A stretch of DNA of 64,000 nucleotides from Octopus sinensis (taxonomy: Eukaryota). Below the pieces are notes generated by a model that was given only the letters and a program-made list of their open reading frames with translations, was not told the DNA's origin and did no database searches. The stretch covers positions 139,314,001 through 139,378,000 of the forward strand of contig NC_042999.1 of NCBI RefSeq assembly GCF_006345805.1, written 5' to 3'. The translations under genes were made by a program, and so were the position numbers. This document shows positions 12,935 through 25,769 of the stretch, one piece after another. The stretch's first letter is position 1. Every line of letters begins with the position of its first letter.

Positions 12935-14000
12935 TCTCAGGTCATTCCATAAGTTCTGTCCGAATTTTGGATAAAGAATCCAAGTGATCAAATGTTATAT
13001 TTTATTGAAAGTTAATCATCAATGTACTTTCCCTGATTATCTATGACTTTCTTCCATCTATTTACAAGCTTTTTAATCCCATCAATGTAAAACTCTTTTG
13101 GTTTCAAAGCAAGAAACTCTGAAATGTCAGGTTCGACCTCCTCCTGGCTTGCGAAAGTTGTGTCCCCCTTATAATTCTGTAAACTATGAAACAAATGGTA
13201 TCCTGAAGGAGTAAAGTCGGGAGAATAAGTTGGATGAAGAAATTTTTCCAAACCGACCTCTTCGATCTTCTGTGATGTGATCTTTGCAGTGTGGGGTTGC
13301 GCATTGTCCTGATGAAACATCACTCGTTTTCGACTCACTAAAGCGACTCTTTTTTCCTTCAAAGCTTGGTTCAAACGCTCTAATTGCTGACAGTAGACTT
13401 GAGCATTGATTGTTGCATTAGGTGGTAACAATATAAAGTGAATTACGCCTTTGCAATCGCACCAGATAGAGTAGAACCTTTTTCCATGAAGTTCCCTTCT
13501 CGATTGTGGTTGAGCATTTTCCCTTTTACCAAGTCACTGTTTACGACGTTTAACATTTCGATAGAAAACCCATTTTTCGTCACAAGTCTATCGAAAAAGG
13601 GTGAAATGAGTTTGCGAGAATGGAGAGAAGAGTAGATGTCAACTCGGGATTTGCGGTTGCTTTCGGACAATACATGAGGCACATATTTTCCAAGTTTAGG
13701 AATCTTTCCACGTTGTTGAAGATGACGATGTATGGTTTGAAGTAGGATTTATTGCCAATTCTTCAACAGATAATGACGGATTTTCTTCAAGTAATGCCTC
13801 AAGGAGCTTATCATCAAACTCAACTGAACATCCTATTCGATCTTCATCTTCAATTTTACAAACGATCTCCTGCAAGTTCTTTCATTCAAGCACTTTTCCA
13901 TAAACTGAGTGTATGTTTCGAGTCACTTCGGCTGCAGAGTTACCTTTATTGTACTCATAAAGAAATATATGTGCCTTAAATGCTCCTTGGATACTTCCAT
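12935..14000 (-). mobile_element. mariner transposase pseudogene
   Basis: PHVLSE, FHQDNAQPHTA, YSPDFTPSGYHLF and NRWKKVIDNQGKY motifs across frameshifted ORFs 13012-13682. 3' TIR-like AGGTCATTCCATAAGTTCTGTCCG near 12939. Confidence 0.9.
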
Positions 14001-14030
14001 GTTGAAAGGGTTTTAATCAAAGCAACTTTA

Positions 14031-15542
14031 GGGTGTCCACGAAGTCTGGGTACATGGAATAAAATCATAACATAAACAAATATAAGAAATAATAATTTTC
14101 CTTTTTTACTTTTGTTTAAATTAAATAAAAAAAATACTTTACTTTTTTGTTATTTTTTCTATAGATGATCGAATGATGGCTCTGTCTGAAGAAGAGAGAA
14201 TCCCAGATCGAATGATGGCTCTGTCTAAAGAAGAAAGAATCGAATTAGTATTATTAAGTGGACGAGAGGGATGGTCTTATCGCAAAATTGCGGAAGAATT
14301 TAATCTTCGACACCCTTATAGGTAAAAAAATACTTTACTTTTCTAAATCTATTTGTTATTTTTTCTATAGATGATCGAATGATGGCTCTGTCTGAAGAAG
14401 AGAGAATCCCAGATCGAATGAAGGCTCTGTCTAAAGAAGAAAGAATCGAGTTAGTATTATTAAGTGGACGAGAGGGATGGTCTTATCGCAAAATGCGGAA
14501 GAATTTAATTTTCGACACCCTTATAGGTAATTTATTTTTTTTACTGCCGTCGGGAAATTGATCAAGAAAGTTAAAGAAACAGGCAGTGTTTTGGATAAAC
14601 CCTGTTCCGGGCGACCAAAAACTTCAGATGAATCGAAAGAGGCTGTCATGGCTAAAGTTTCTGCTAGCCCAAAGAAATCACTTCGTCGGACATCCACGGT
14701 GTTAGGTGTTCTAAAACCAACCATCCACAAAATGCTGGTTGAGGAAAAGTTTCATCGATACAACCTACAGATATTGCATCACTTAAATGAAGACGACCCT
14801 GATAGACGAATGTAGACGTGCGAATGGTTTTCAGATAAATTGGATGAAAATATCAATTTTACGAAAAACTTTGTTGTTCAGTGACAAAGTTACGTTTTAT
14901 GTAAATGGTGAGGTCAACAGACAGAATCTTCTATACTGGTCTCGAGGTAATCCACATTGGATAGATCCATCCAAACAGCAAGGCAGCAAAAAGGTGATGG
15001 TGTGATTTGTGGAAAGCTCATGTCCTAGGACCCTTCTTCATTGAACATGTAACGGATGAGACTTATGTAAACATATTGAGAGACAAATTAATATCTCAAA
15101 TTGAGCGCCTAGGCGAGGGCCTTCCGAATTGGTTTCAGCAGGATGGGGCCCCTACCCATTTTGCCACAACTGTTAGAGATTAGCTTAATGACACTTTTCC
15201 TCACTGGATTGGAAGAAGGGCTCATATGGAAAGTTTCCCTCGTTCACCAGACCTTTCTCCCCTTGATTCCTTTTTCTGGGGTATGTTGAAAGAGAAAGAT
15301 TACAATAAAGATTACAGATTTAAAACACATGAGAGAACGCATTATCAGTCAGTGTGCTGAAATTGATGGCAATGTAGACTTATTTAATCAAGCTCACCTG
15401 AATTTTGCAAGTTGTATCAAGTTATGCATTGAAAAATGATGGAAATCACTCTGAAAATATTATTTATTAACATTATAATTAAATTGGTTTGTGTTAAAAG
15501 TATGTGTTAATCCCCATGTACGCAGACTTTGTAGACACCCTC
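14031..15542 (+). mobile_element. Tc1/mariner element of rosa (DD40/41D) type, degenerate, with internal tandem duplication
   Basis: TIRs GGGTGTCCACGAAGTCTGGGTACATGG / CCATGTACGCAGACTTTGTAGACACCC with TA flanks. KETGSVLDKPCSGRPK, FSDKVTFYVNGEVNRQN, QQDGAPTH and PRSPDLSPLD motifs; 40 residues counted between the second and third Asp. Confidence 0.9.
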
Positions 15543-16329
15543 TATTATTTTGTAAAACAATATTCAATTAGTTTAAACGTACACAAATGCATAAAAATAA
15601 TTTTTAATTGAATTAGACATTTGAAAATACTATTAAATTTCATTCAAATCTAAAAAAAAAGGTAAAATTGGACAGAACTGATTGGATGAATTGATATACA
15701 TAATCTGCTATTCTAGTAGGTTTCAAGTTTATAACACCTTGATATCTCATGTTATCTCATTTTATATGCCTAAGACGTATATTTTTCTATTCTGGTTTTC
15801 ATATATTTCTATACATTATATTTGTATCTATAATTTATTTTAAGCCGAAACATATTACGATCCTTGTACAAACGAAACAACAAGAATGTCCTCTGGAACT
15901 TTTATCTTCCACCGGTGTTTGTAATCGATGGTGACATGTGCGATGATTTTGCGACTATATTATATTTTACAGAGAAATTGGAAGCCCCGAATGTAAGCCT
16001 CCACTTTATGCATAATACAATATTTATAGTTCTCTATTTCTAACTCAAATTCTGTCCTCAATAATTATAGATCTCTATTTCTAAATGTAATTCTTTTTCT
16101 TCTTGTTCAGTTTATAACTATAACACGTATTCTTGTCTGTCTCTTGACAAAGCCTTTTTTCTCAAGCGTTCACCACTTCACCTCGTTAGGGTTAACCAGC
16201 CCTCTCCGAATGTTTTAACTGTCCTGTTTTGTTAGCAGCTTTGACGTTCCACGGATCTCAAATTTTATTTAATTTGCTTTGGGGAAGCAATTGCTTTGAC
16301 GAAGACGCATCTTGTTCCACTGCTCGCAA

Positions 16330-16629
16330 TGCGGAGTAGGTAACAATTGCCAACAATTGAGGAAGGGTTGTTTTTTATGCTGCCTTCGCGCTATAGTTTT
16401 CAATACCCAACCCAACCCAACCCAACCCGACCCCTGGTCACCATAGCGTCGACTGTGGGCTGCTAGCTGTGTACAGTTGCCTCAATGGCGCCCACAGCTT
16501 TGCCCATGACACTTCCTGGACCCTAAGTAAGGCATGTGTAAAATTTGAATGAAATTGGTTGTGTAGTTCTCAAGTTTTAGGGATTCACACAGAGAGACAG
16601 GCACACATTCTCAGTTTCATATATTTCGA
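16330..16629 (-). mobile_element. Non-autonomous Helitron 5' portion
   Basis: About 110 bp nearly identical to the 5' end of the 16634-17653 element; starts A|TC on the minus strand; left boundary uncertain. Confidence 0.6.
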
Positions 16630-16633
16630 TATA

Positions 16634-17653
16634 CTAGCATTATGACCCTGTCGTTGCCGGGTCATAGTGCTAGTGCATGTATATATGTGTATATATATGT
16701 GTACATATTACATGTACATCTATATATATATACATCTACACATAAAATACAAATTACAAAGTTATATCTTGATATCGCTAGTGATAACAATACTCAAAAT
16801 ATATAACAGACTGGAATTGTAGGCCCGTCTCTTGCAATTTCGATCAATTGTATCTTGTCCTCCCTCTTGTATAGAAGTGTACGGCTGCAGCGAAATTCAT
16901 TTTTGGACTTTCTTTTATCGACGGCATTTTAACAAAAATGCTTCCGTAAAGACGGTAAAAATATTGTCAATTTCCCCAAACAGGGACACAATTCAATTTT
17001 TAAACAATAACCAAAGCCCCTTCTCTGAAAGGGGAAGGATTACGGTTTACAATTATTTAACAAATGCAACACAACAACGTTTCCCTGACGAGGAACCAAC
17101 AAATGTGATTACAATAGTCAAACAGTATTAATAATAACAACAAACCTTTTTAATTTATCCCCATTTATATGAAACCATTTATTCAAGTTCAAGTCATTGA
17201 TGCAATTTTATACGAATTGCTAATACACACACAAACACACATAATAAGGGTGAAAAATTGAATATTAATTTGATTAATATGAATTGAAAACCAGTGGTGT
17301 AGCATATAAGACCATAGCGGATCTTCTAGCAAAATGGATGACCACTGTTAATGGTTCATCCCTGTTATATAATACTTTCACTTTAATAGTTTCAGTATTA
17401 AAGTGAATGTCTGCATTACAATAGAGAGGTGTTTTTGTTTCACTTTTAACACATAATGCTGGAATAGTGGAGAAGATATGATATTGCTGTGGGGTCGCCC
17501 TAGGGAAAAAGTTAAAATTTTTTTGCCGATGACACTCCACGGACCTTAAGTAAGGCATGTGTAAAATTTGAATGAAATTGGTTGTGTAGTTCTCAAGTTT
17601 TAGGGAAACACTCAGACAGACAGACACACATTCTCATTTTATATAGAGAGAGA
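16634..17653 (-). mobile_element. Non-autonomous Helitron
   Basis: Minus strand begins A|TCTCTCTCTATATAAAATGAGAATGTGTGTCTGTC and ends with a GACCC..GGGTC hairpin plus CTAG|T. Confidence 0.85.
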
Positions 17654-18879
17654 TTACAAGGCATGCATTTAACGGTGTCTTTACTTTACACTCCGATTCA
17701 ACTGTAGCTACTTCAATTGAGACAGTCAATTACCCTCAATTCAATAATAACCTGAAATGTACAAGTTCCTTCACGCACCGCACATCAAGAAAAAACGGCA
17801 TACTTTAGAATCCTTGTATTTATGGAAAAGAAAATATGTGTGGTACCTACAGAAACACACCTGGTACCAGATATATTAAGTGAAGAGGTGTACATGTCGC
17901 GGTACGTATGACAAAAACTGATTGCAAAATACGCAACCTTGAACACTTTTTATACATGAAAGTTCAGTAACAAATATCCTCATTTCTTACTTCATCACAG
18001 TGTGTGATACATGAGTAATTTGTCTGAAAGACCTCGATCTACTCATAGATATTACCTACTGGCCATCTGATGCAGTTGATTATGTAGAATACTCCAGTAA
18101 TAGTTTATCACACATAAGTCAAACTATTAATTATGTTGACCCACAGATTAATATAATTTTAATGAGATGCATCAATTCAGGTCATATGCTGTTAAACTGG
18201 AACAATATGGAAGCTTTTCTCAATGCCACGAAAACTCTTCTTAAGCAAAATATCATTTCCTGTTCGATTTGAAAGACGTTTTCGATCTGGTCTTCACTTC
18301 GAATATCTATGATATTCAGGTCCCCCAAAAAGCTGTTTCTGGCCAAAACATGAAACAACTATCTTTATTGGTTCAAAACAGGCACAACACTAAAATAACA
18401 AAATTAAAGTTTGACGCATCAGTTTTGGATTTGACTTTTAGGAAAAGTAACCGGAGAGAAATAGAAGTTGAGATCTTCGCTACACATTTTGTCATCCTTG
18501 AATGAAAATTCTCTACACAAAGATAGCCAAGATTGGTCAAAGACATGTTCAATTTATGCGTGCCTATTTACGCAAACTATCCATACACCGTAACGGACGT
18601 AAATAAATACGTAAAAGAATCAAACATAGCTGATATCTCAAGGCCAAACCTTTTCTGTGGGAAGGATTGAGGGAAGGGCATTGAAATGGGAATCATTGAA
18701 CTGGTCTTGAAACAAATGTATGACAAAAAATATTGACAGAAGCAGTATCGACACTGCTGTTTTCAATCTTTTTAATACCCAGGCAAGATCCAAAATCTGG
18801 ATTTGGTGGGGGAGCACACCAAAAGAAACAAAATCAAGTAAATTAAAGATGCAGTACGCAAAAGCTGGTTGATATGATG

Positions 18880-20257
18880 GTCAACCAATTGGTTGCGATA
18901 TTTTGCGTTGATGTTTACCAGTTTGCTGAAAAGTGTTACTCACACATGTTGAACCGAATGAAGAAGTATTTTTCTGTGCATTAGCAATCAAGTTAGGATA
19001 TTTCCTCTCCGTTATTCAACTTCAGAAGTCAAGTAGCTGACTAACCTTGAATGCGGATGTCAACTCCACATCTGACTGCAAGTCCAGGAACTCCATTTGA
19101 AATTCATCTGGAGCGGTGGCGGCATCTATCTCCATACGCGCTGAAAATATTTTCAGCAAGTGTAAGGAATCCTTGGTGTCATCAAAAGGGCGTTCAAATT
19201 TGTCAGTTAAGTCACTAATAATCCTATTGTACTTATTGCATAATCCGTGACCCTAGAGTTCAGAAAGTGAGAGGAGTGGGTCGCAGTGCCACGTTCAATT
19301 TGTGTCTTTCAAAGGTGAAGCTTTGCAAAGAAGGCAGACACTGTGCTGTACAATTTATAGCAGAGCTTGTCCCTACCTTGTAGGACGCGGATCAAAATCG
19401 AAAGGTGTGCATTGATATCAACCAAGAAAGCCTAATCAACAATCCATTCTTTGGTGCTCGGTTCAGAACCAAAGAATGGATTTCTAGAAGTCTGTATAAC
19501 CTAATGATACATGTGGTACAGCTTAATATCGTACATCAGTGTACATGAGCACGTTTCCATAGTTAACATCAATATCCGCCAGAAGGTTCAGAGTTTTTGA
19601 ACAAATCGAACTTACGCTGATATTGCGGCCTCTGTGACATTGTCAATTTTCAGTGACTTAGGAATGTTATTTTCCTAGTGTACAATGCAGTGGTGCCATG
19701 TTATAGGAGTGTATCCTCTGCTCGACTCCAGGAAATAAGGTCCTTGAAGACCTTCGTTTCTGTCCAAGCAAGGAAGGATCTCTGTCTGTGACAATTAAAA
19801 ACAACTTTGACGGATACAGATGTACTTGTTGAAGGCTTGCACGAAATTCACGAAATTCACGCAACACCAGAGCTGAAGACACCTCCGAAAGGGAGGGGCG
19901 CACCACGTCAAAATGGTAGAGGAGTAGGGGCCGAAACCGGACGTGGTTCCTCCTGATGACGCCTTGAGCTAACTGGATCCTATAAAGGAGCTGTTGTGGT
20001 AGCAGACCACGAAACACGGTTGAAATTCATGACAGTTTCTTTCCTTTTTTTTTTTGAGTCATGAATAGAAAGCAACGTAAGAAATTCTTCGTAAATCTGG
20101 AGATCTGGTACAACTCACCCAATGAACACTTAATTGCTCTGTATCGGTAATGTCTTTTGTGCCATCAAGAGCGACAGAGTAGTAAGCAAAATCCATTGAC
20201 TTACTGAGAAGTTGGTCATGTAGGTCACTAAATAAGCATTCAATCCGTCGAGTTAAT
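18880..20257 (-). mobile_element. hAT (Buster/Charlie, GTF2IRD2-like) transposase relic
   Basis: FAYYSVALDGTKDITDTEQL, KLFLIVTDRDPSLLGQK, MEFLDLQSD and C-terminal dimerisation-like peptides in broken frames. Confidence 0.7.
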
Positions 20258-20261
20258 ATAT

Positions 20262-21126
20262 TAGGTCTGATCAATAAGTATCTGGACTGTTGCTATAGTA
20301 ACCAGGCAAAAGCACGCAGAGTGAAGCCGCTGGGCAGAAATTTACCTTAACCTCTGCTGTGCATGCACACTTAGTTTTAATGTTCTCGCTTACTTCTGCT
20401 ATTTACAGCAGTGTTTGGAAAGAAGGTATGTAGCGTGTGCTCGTCGCATTGTCCATGGCAGAGAAAGTTGTCATGGTGATACCTGCTCAGGTAGAAATTT
20501 GCAGAAAGCATATGGAGAGGAGTGTATGAGCCACACACAGGTGTACGAGTGGTTCAGACTTTTCCAAGGTGGCTGAAAAATATCAATATTGACGAACGTT
20601 CTGGGAGACCCGCACCCAACGGAACTGAGAAAAGCATTGCAGATGTGCATGCAGCTGTGAGGGGAAATCGTTGAATCATCATCTGTGAGTTATCAGAGGA
20701 TGTTCAGATTAGTTACGGTTCAGTTCAGTGCATTATCACTGAAAATTTGGGTATGAGACGTGTGTCTGCCATTTTGTGCCAAAACTGCTTTCAGCTGACC
20801 AAAGAGACACTTGAGTTTCAGCAGCACAAGATCTCATTGATTGTGTTTAGAACGATGAAAACATTTTGAAAGCTTTGCATAGGCCTTTTGGCAAAATTTG
20901 ATGCAGATTCTCTGCTCAGCTTTCTCTGTCATTGTCAATGTGATGATGACACGCTACACACGTTCCTTCCAAGCACTGCTGTAAACAGCGGAAATGAGCT
21001 AGAACGTTAAAACTCAGTGCACATGCACAACAGAGTCCAAGGTCAATTTGTGCTTAGTAGCTTCAATCTGTGTGCTTTAGCTTCGTTACTATAGCAATAG
21101 TCCGAATACTTATTGATTAGATTACG
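20262..21126 (+). mobile_element. mariner non-autonomous element with both TIRs
   Basis: TIRs GGTCTGATCAATAAGTATCTGGACTGTTGCTATAGTAA / TTACTATAGCAATAGTCCGAATACTTATTGATTAGA. Internal HTH remnant AYGEECMSHTQVYEWF..ITENLGMRRVSA. Confidence 0.85.
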
Positions 21127-22999
21127 TATACTGTTATTTATATGTAAAAGATCCTATAAGGCCATGTCCTAAATCTCGGCTTGAAATAAAACTAATGATT
21201 GATACTTGCAGCTTCTCAGTGGGGAAGAAGGGTGACATTCTATTGTAACAATTTGATATTTAGAGGCCTTCAAGCATTTTGAAAGAAATCAGAAATGTAA
21301 ATGAATTTCTATAGTACCATTCAAAGAAAACTTCAATTAACTCCTAAATAGAATACAGAAGCAGCTAAACTATACAATAATATACGCAGAGAAAACCAGC
21401 TTTCTCATATTCTATAACTGATCAATTACCAGTCATAAAGATTCAACAAAAGCTGGATAAAGAAACAAAAACTTGAAGGTACTGGTTGACCGAATACTAT
21501 GGCAGAAGTAGCAGAAACACAAAAGCAAAGTGACCTGCACTGGGATCAAATTCTGAATCAGATTTTTGTGAATGATCTTTAACTGCACATCTATGACTAA
21601 CATCAGTCAGACACATTTTTTTTTTTTTTTTTGCTGTTCTGGGACAACATAACTTTCAACAAACTTAATGATAATCGTATTATAGTTACAAAAAGGCTAC
21701 ATTTGGCAAGCACACAAAAAAAAAATTAGAGGGGAGGTAACTGTAAAAATATTTTGAAGAATGATTTCCCTTCAAAATACAACTTACAACTTAAAAAATA
21801 TTTATTATTGCTTTCAGACAGTTTTTCGAAATCATTGGCAGTGGTTACTGGGAAAAACATTAAATAGATATTCACAAACAGGTCTCTCTTCATCGAAAAC
21901 CGCTGATTGCCCTACGTTGACAAGAGGCAAATATCTCGAAACTGCAGTCCGTGCGTATCACTTAGGTTTTACGAGAGAGGGATGACCTCCCTTTGCAAAT
22001 ATCATAAGTGCACAGAAAGTGTGCTTAAAGCCAGCTGGAGACGATGATTTCCTGGGGCTAAAAGCTACAGTAACACCCACCCTTAGTGGTTAACCATATT
22101 GAGATGGCTAGTATACTTTACGTTGTCGAGCGGTTACTGTTTACATCTCGTTCAGAGATTTATTATAACTTTAAAAATATTTTCCTTTTTTCTCTTTTTT
22201 TTTTTGGAAGTGGCTTTTTTTCTGAATAATTCAATATTATTCGACTTATTTCTATATAGTTATTTTGTTTTATATTTCTTTTTACTGAATGTATAAGTAT
22301 GCATGCATTTGTGTATGTGTGTGTGTGTGTGTGTATACGAAATAAGCTAGCTAGCTAGATAGATAAATAGTACTGTTCATGTATGTATATATGCTTTTCT
22401 TTCGGGTTTATTTGATTATTTTTTTTATCTTCACAGAATTTAAAACAGGTACTACAAAGTGGCGAGTCGCTTATGTTGCTGTTTAAAACAGCTCTTTGGG
22501 TATGCGGTTACCTGAATTGGTTGGTTTGTGCATATATATATACCTGTGCGTGTATGCGTATGTACGCGTGGATAAACTTGCACCTGTGTAGTGGATGTGC
22601 ATATAAATATAGCACAGAAGTCTATGCGCTTCAGAATTCTTTATGTATATGCATATGTACGTATTCCATATTTAAAAGTGATTGCATGCATGTTTTCAAC
22701 CATGGAGTTACAAATGAAAAACCCCTGGAGTGTTTTGCTAATTTTTACTATATTTCTAATCTCCTGTATTTGGAGAACGCGAATCAGTTTTATTTGTTCT
22801 CTTTTTGGAGAACTCCATCATTTATTTTATTACCCTGCGCGTGTAAGCGAAAGCAGGATGCTGTAACCACTCACCTAAATCTGTTTGTCTGTGCATTTAC
22901 AAAATTACTGGGAAACGGCTGAAGGGATTTTCACCAAATTTGGCAGAAATACTCACTGGATGAATGGCTCAAAAAGATGAGCATTTGGTTTTATTATCT

Positions 23000-23513
23000 T
23001 GAAAAATAAAAGAATAATATTTTTTTAATCGAGCTTGCAGATTTCCCGATGAGCAAGTGGTCATTATTATTTTGTTCACTTTCTTTTTCAAATGAATCGA
23101 CTGTCGTCTACGTGTGTATAGATCATGGTATAACTATGCGCGTAGACACGTGTTGATACATACACATATACATACATGCATGCATGCATGCATGCATACA
23201 TACATACATACATACATACATACATACATACATACATACATACATACATACATACATTCGTGCATGCATACATACATTTGCGACTCTGTGTGTGTGTGTA
23301 CAGTTAGGAATTCGAGGGTTTCATTTGTTTACGACTTGATTTCTTAATTTCACCGGGGTATAAATACCTATAATGGTATGACTTAAAAAAAAAAAAAAAA
23401 TTTTTTTTGATCGAACTCACAAATTTCCCGATAAGCAAGTGGTCATATTATTTTGTTCACTTCCTTCATATGAATCGACCCTCGTCTGCGACATGTATGG
23501 GTACATACATACA

Positions 23514-23544
<31 letters not shown>

Positions 23545-23670
23545 GTGACTGTATCTGTTTGTGTGTGTGCCTGTGTGCGTGCGTGTATGTGCGTGTGTGT
23601 ATGTGTGTATGTGTGTACTGTGATGGATTCGATTTTGTTTATTTATCAGTTGATTTCATAATTTCACTGT
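23000..23670. repeat. Diverged tandem duplication (about 380-bp period) containing (TACA)n and (TG)n tracts
   Basis: ATTTCCCGATRAGCAAGTGGTCAT..TTTTGTTCACTT..TGAATCGAC occurs at about 23040 and 23424. Confidence 0.75.
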
Positions 23671-23749
23671 TCTTAGGCTTCTCATCCCCTTCTAGTGAAA
23701 CACAAAGTTTACAACGTTTACAAAGTCCAGTTAAAAGGCATGGGTAAGC

Positions 23750-24250
23750 AACGCGTTCTAAGTCAGACTATAATTTGCAAAAAGATTCATCGGCGCTTAG
23801 GGTATGCATCGCCCTTCCGATGCCTTTTTTTAAAAATTTAATTTTATTTTTTAAGCAAAACCTGTTGTTATATAGCCCATTGAATTTATAATGTGTACAA
23901 ATGAAAATCTATATAGTGAATATAAGAGTTGTACGTTTCTCTTTAGTTCTCCATAGGTGTTCTTTTTGTCTTTAATTTTTCCCCAGCCAGGCAATTGATC
24001 TCTACAACGGTAGGTGACTTTTGAACCTTGTCCCATGCGGCGATATATGGCCTATCAAGGTTGTTGCTTTTCTTTTCTTTTAATAGTCCATCAATATTCT
24101 TTTTAAAGGCGTTGATTATTTCTGGTTCTGGTGTGCTTTTGCTATGGCTATTAGGAAAATGCTTCTTGCGTATAGCATTATAGACGGCCTTGGAAAGCTT
24201 GTGTCTTGCGGATATTTATAAACAGACAGCTGCTGATGATATGGATATCA
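23750..24250 (-). mobile_element. Probable LINE ORF2 C-terminal relic
   Basis: Stop-free frame HKLSKAVYNAIRKKHF..IINAFKKNIDGLL..DRPYIAAW with no start codon; family not assigned. Confidence 0.35.
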
Positions 24251-24355
24251 TCACCAGCTCATGGAAAGCTTGTATCTTGCAGATAATTGCGATGATATAG
24301 ATGATGATGATATGGATGGTATTTTCGACGCTGGTATGACACAATCAACATATTC

Positions 24356-24761
24356 TTATTTCTTTATTGCCCACAAGGGGCTAAACATAGAGGGGACAGA
24401 CAAACGGATTAAGTCGATTATATCGACCCCAGTGCGTAACTGGTACTTATTTAATCGATCCCGAAAGGATGAAAGGCAAAGTCGACCTCGGCGGAATTTG
24501 AACTCAGAACGTAACGGCAGACGAAATGCCTATTTCTTTACTACCCACATGAGGCTAAACACAGACGGGACAAACAAGGACAGACAAACGGATTAAATCG
24601 ATTATATCGACACCAGTGCGTAACTGGTGCTTAATTTATCGACCCCGAAAGGATGAAAGGCAAAGTCGACCTCGGTGGAATTTGAACTCAGAACGTAACG
24701 GCAGACGAAATACGGCTACGCATTTGGCCCGGTGTGCTAACGTTTCTGCCAGCCCGCCGCC
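24356..24761 (-). mobile_element. SINE family A head-to-tail dimer
   Basis: One full copy followed by a headless second unit; junction at about 24524-24535. Confidence 0.9.
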
Positions 24762-25769
24762 TTAGAATCTACATATTCTATCACAATGTGGAGGTCAATG
24801 GGTACCCCCATTTCTCTTGCACACCAAGTATTTAGTATCTATCTTTTGTTCCCAAATTGTAAAAGCATAGCTATTTAGATGAGGTGAGACAGATTTAAAG
24901 TCTTGTAAATGTTGGTATACTCAAGCTTATAGTGTATATAACTATCCATAACTGTGTTGATATGGTGTGTATTTCTTTTCCAAGTCACTTGAGACGATCA
25001 GTTCAGTTGTCCTCAATTCACCAGGAATAGATGTACATTCAAAGTACCTATTCAGGAGTTGTTCACCTAATCTCTTGGTATTGATGTCTCATGATAATTT
25101 TTTATAACTTCTCTGCAGGCATTTCTCAAATTGAGATTAAACTATTCTCCTTCCTGAACTTCTTTACGAATGCTTGTCAAACTAAATTGAAAGTAGAAGC
25201 GAAAAAAAGGATAGATATTACAGACCCTTACTGCTGGTTAAAAAGAATATAAACACATTCTTACCACATTATTGATGCGTGGAGAAAGAAGCAGATGAGT
25301 TTCCTGACTCGCCATTTCACGATTTGTTAACTGCTTCTCAGTATTTTTCCCTCACAGCATTACATGTGGTAATTACTTCGCTTCGGATGTTTCCCAATTT
25401 CCATTGAAAATCTTTTTATTTTCTTATCAAATTCTACACGCCCTTGTCAAAACAATATTTTACCACGGAAGAATGAATGAATGAATAATACACTTGCTTT
25501 TAAAATGTAAACAAAGTTTTGGTTTTCCTTCCTCCTTTCGCTATTTCATGTAATCTTTAATATTTCTATACATTTAAAATTACATTATTTCAAATTTCGC
25601 GGTGGTCGACTTTGCCTTTCATCATTTCGAGATCAATAAAATAAATACCAGTTGAGCATAATTATACAAATTTTGTTACATATATAACAAGTATGTATAT
25701 GATACATGTATATATATATAGTTCGAAAGCAAGACAAAAAAAAAGAGGGATAAAGAAAAGAAAGAAAAA

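Noticed and set aside
14147-14530. Duplicated host exon (TTTTCTATAG|ATG ... AG|GTAA)
   Set aside because: The sequence is the N-terminus of the rosa-type transposase inside TIRs; the splice-like words are incidental.
19667-20017. 116-aa ORF as a gene
   Set aside because: It is a chance fusion of a hAT remnant and an inserted repeat.
22473-22922. 149-aa ORF
   Set aside because: No recognisable motif, partly low-complexity, and no supporting splice structure.
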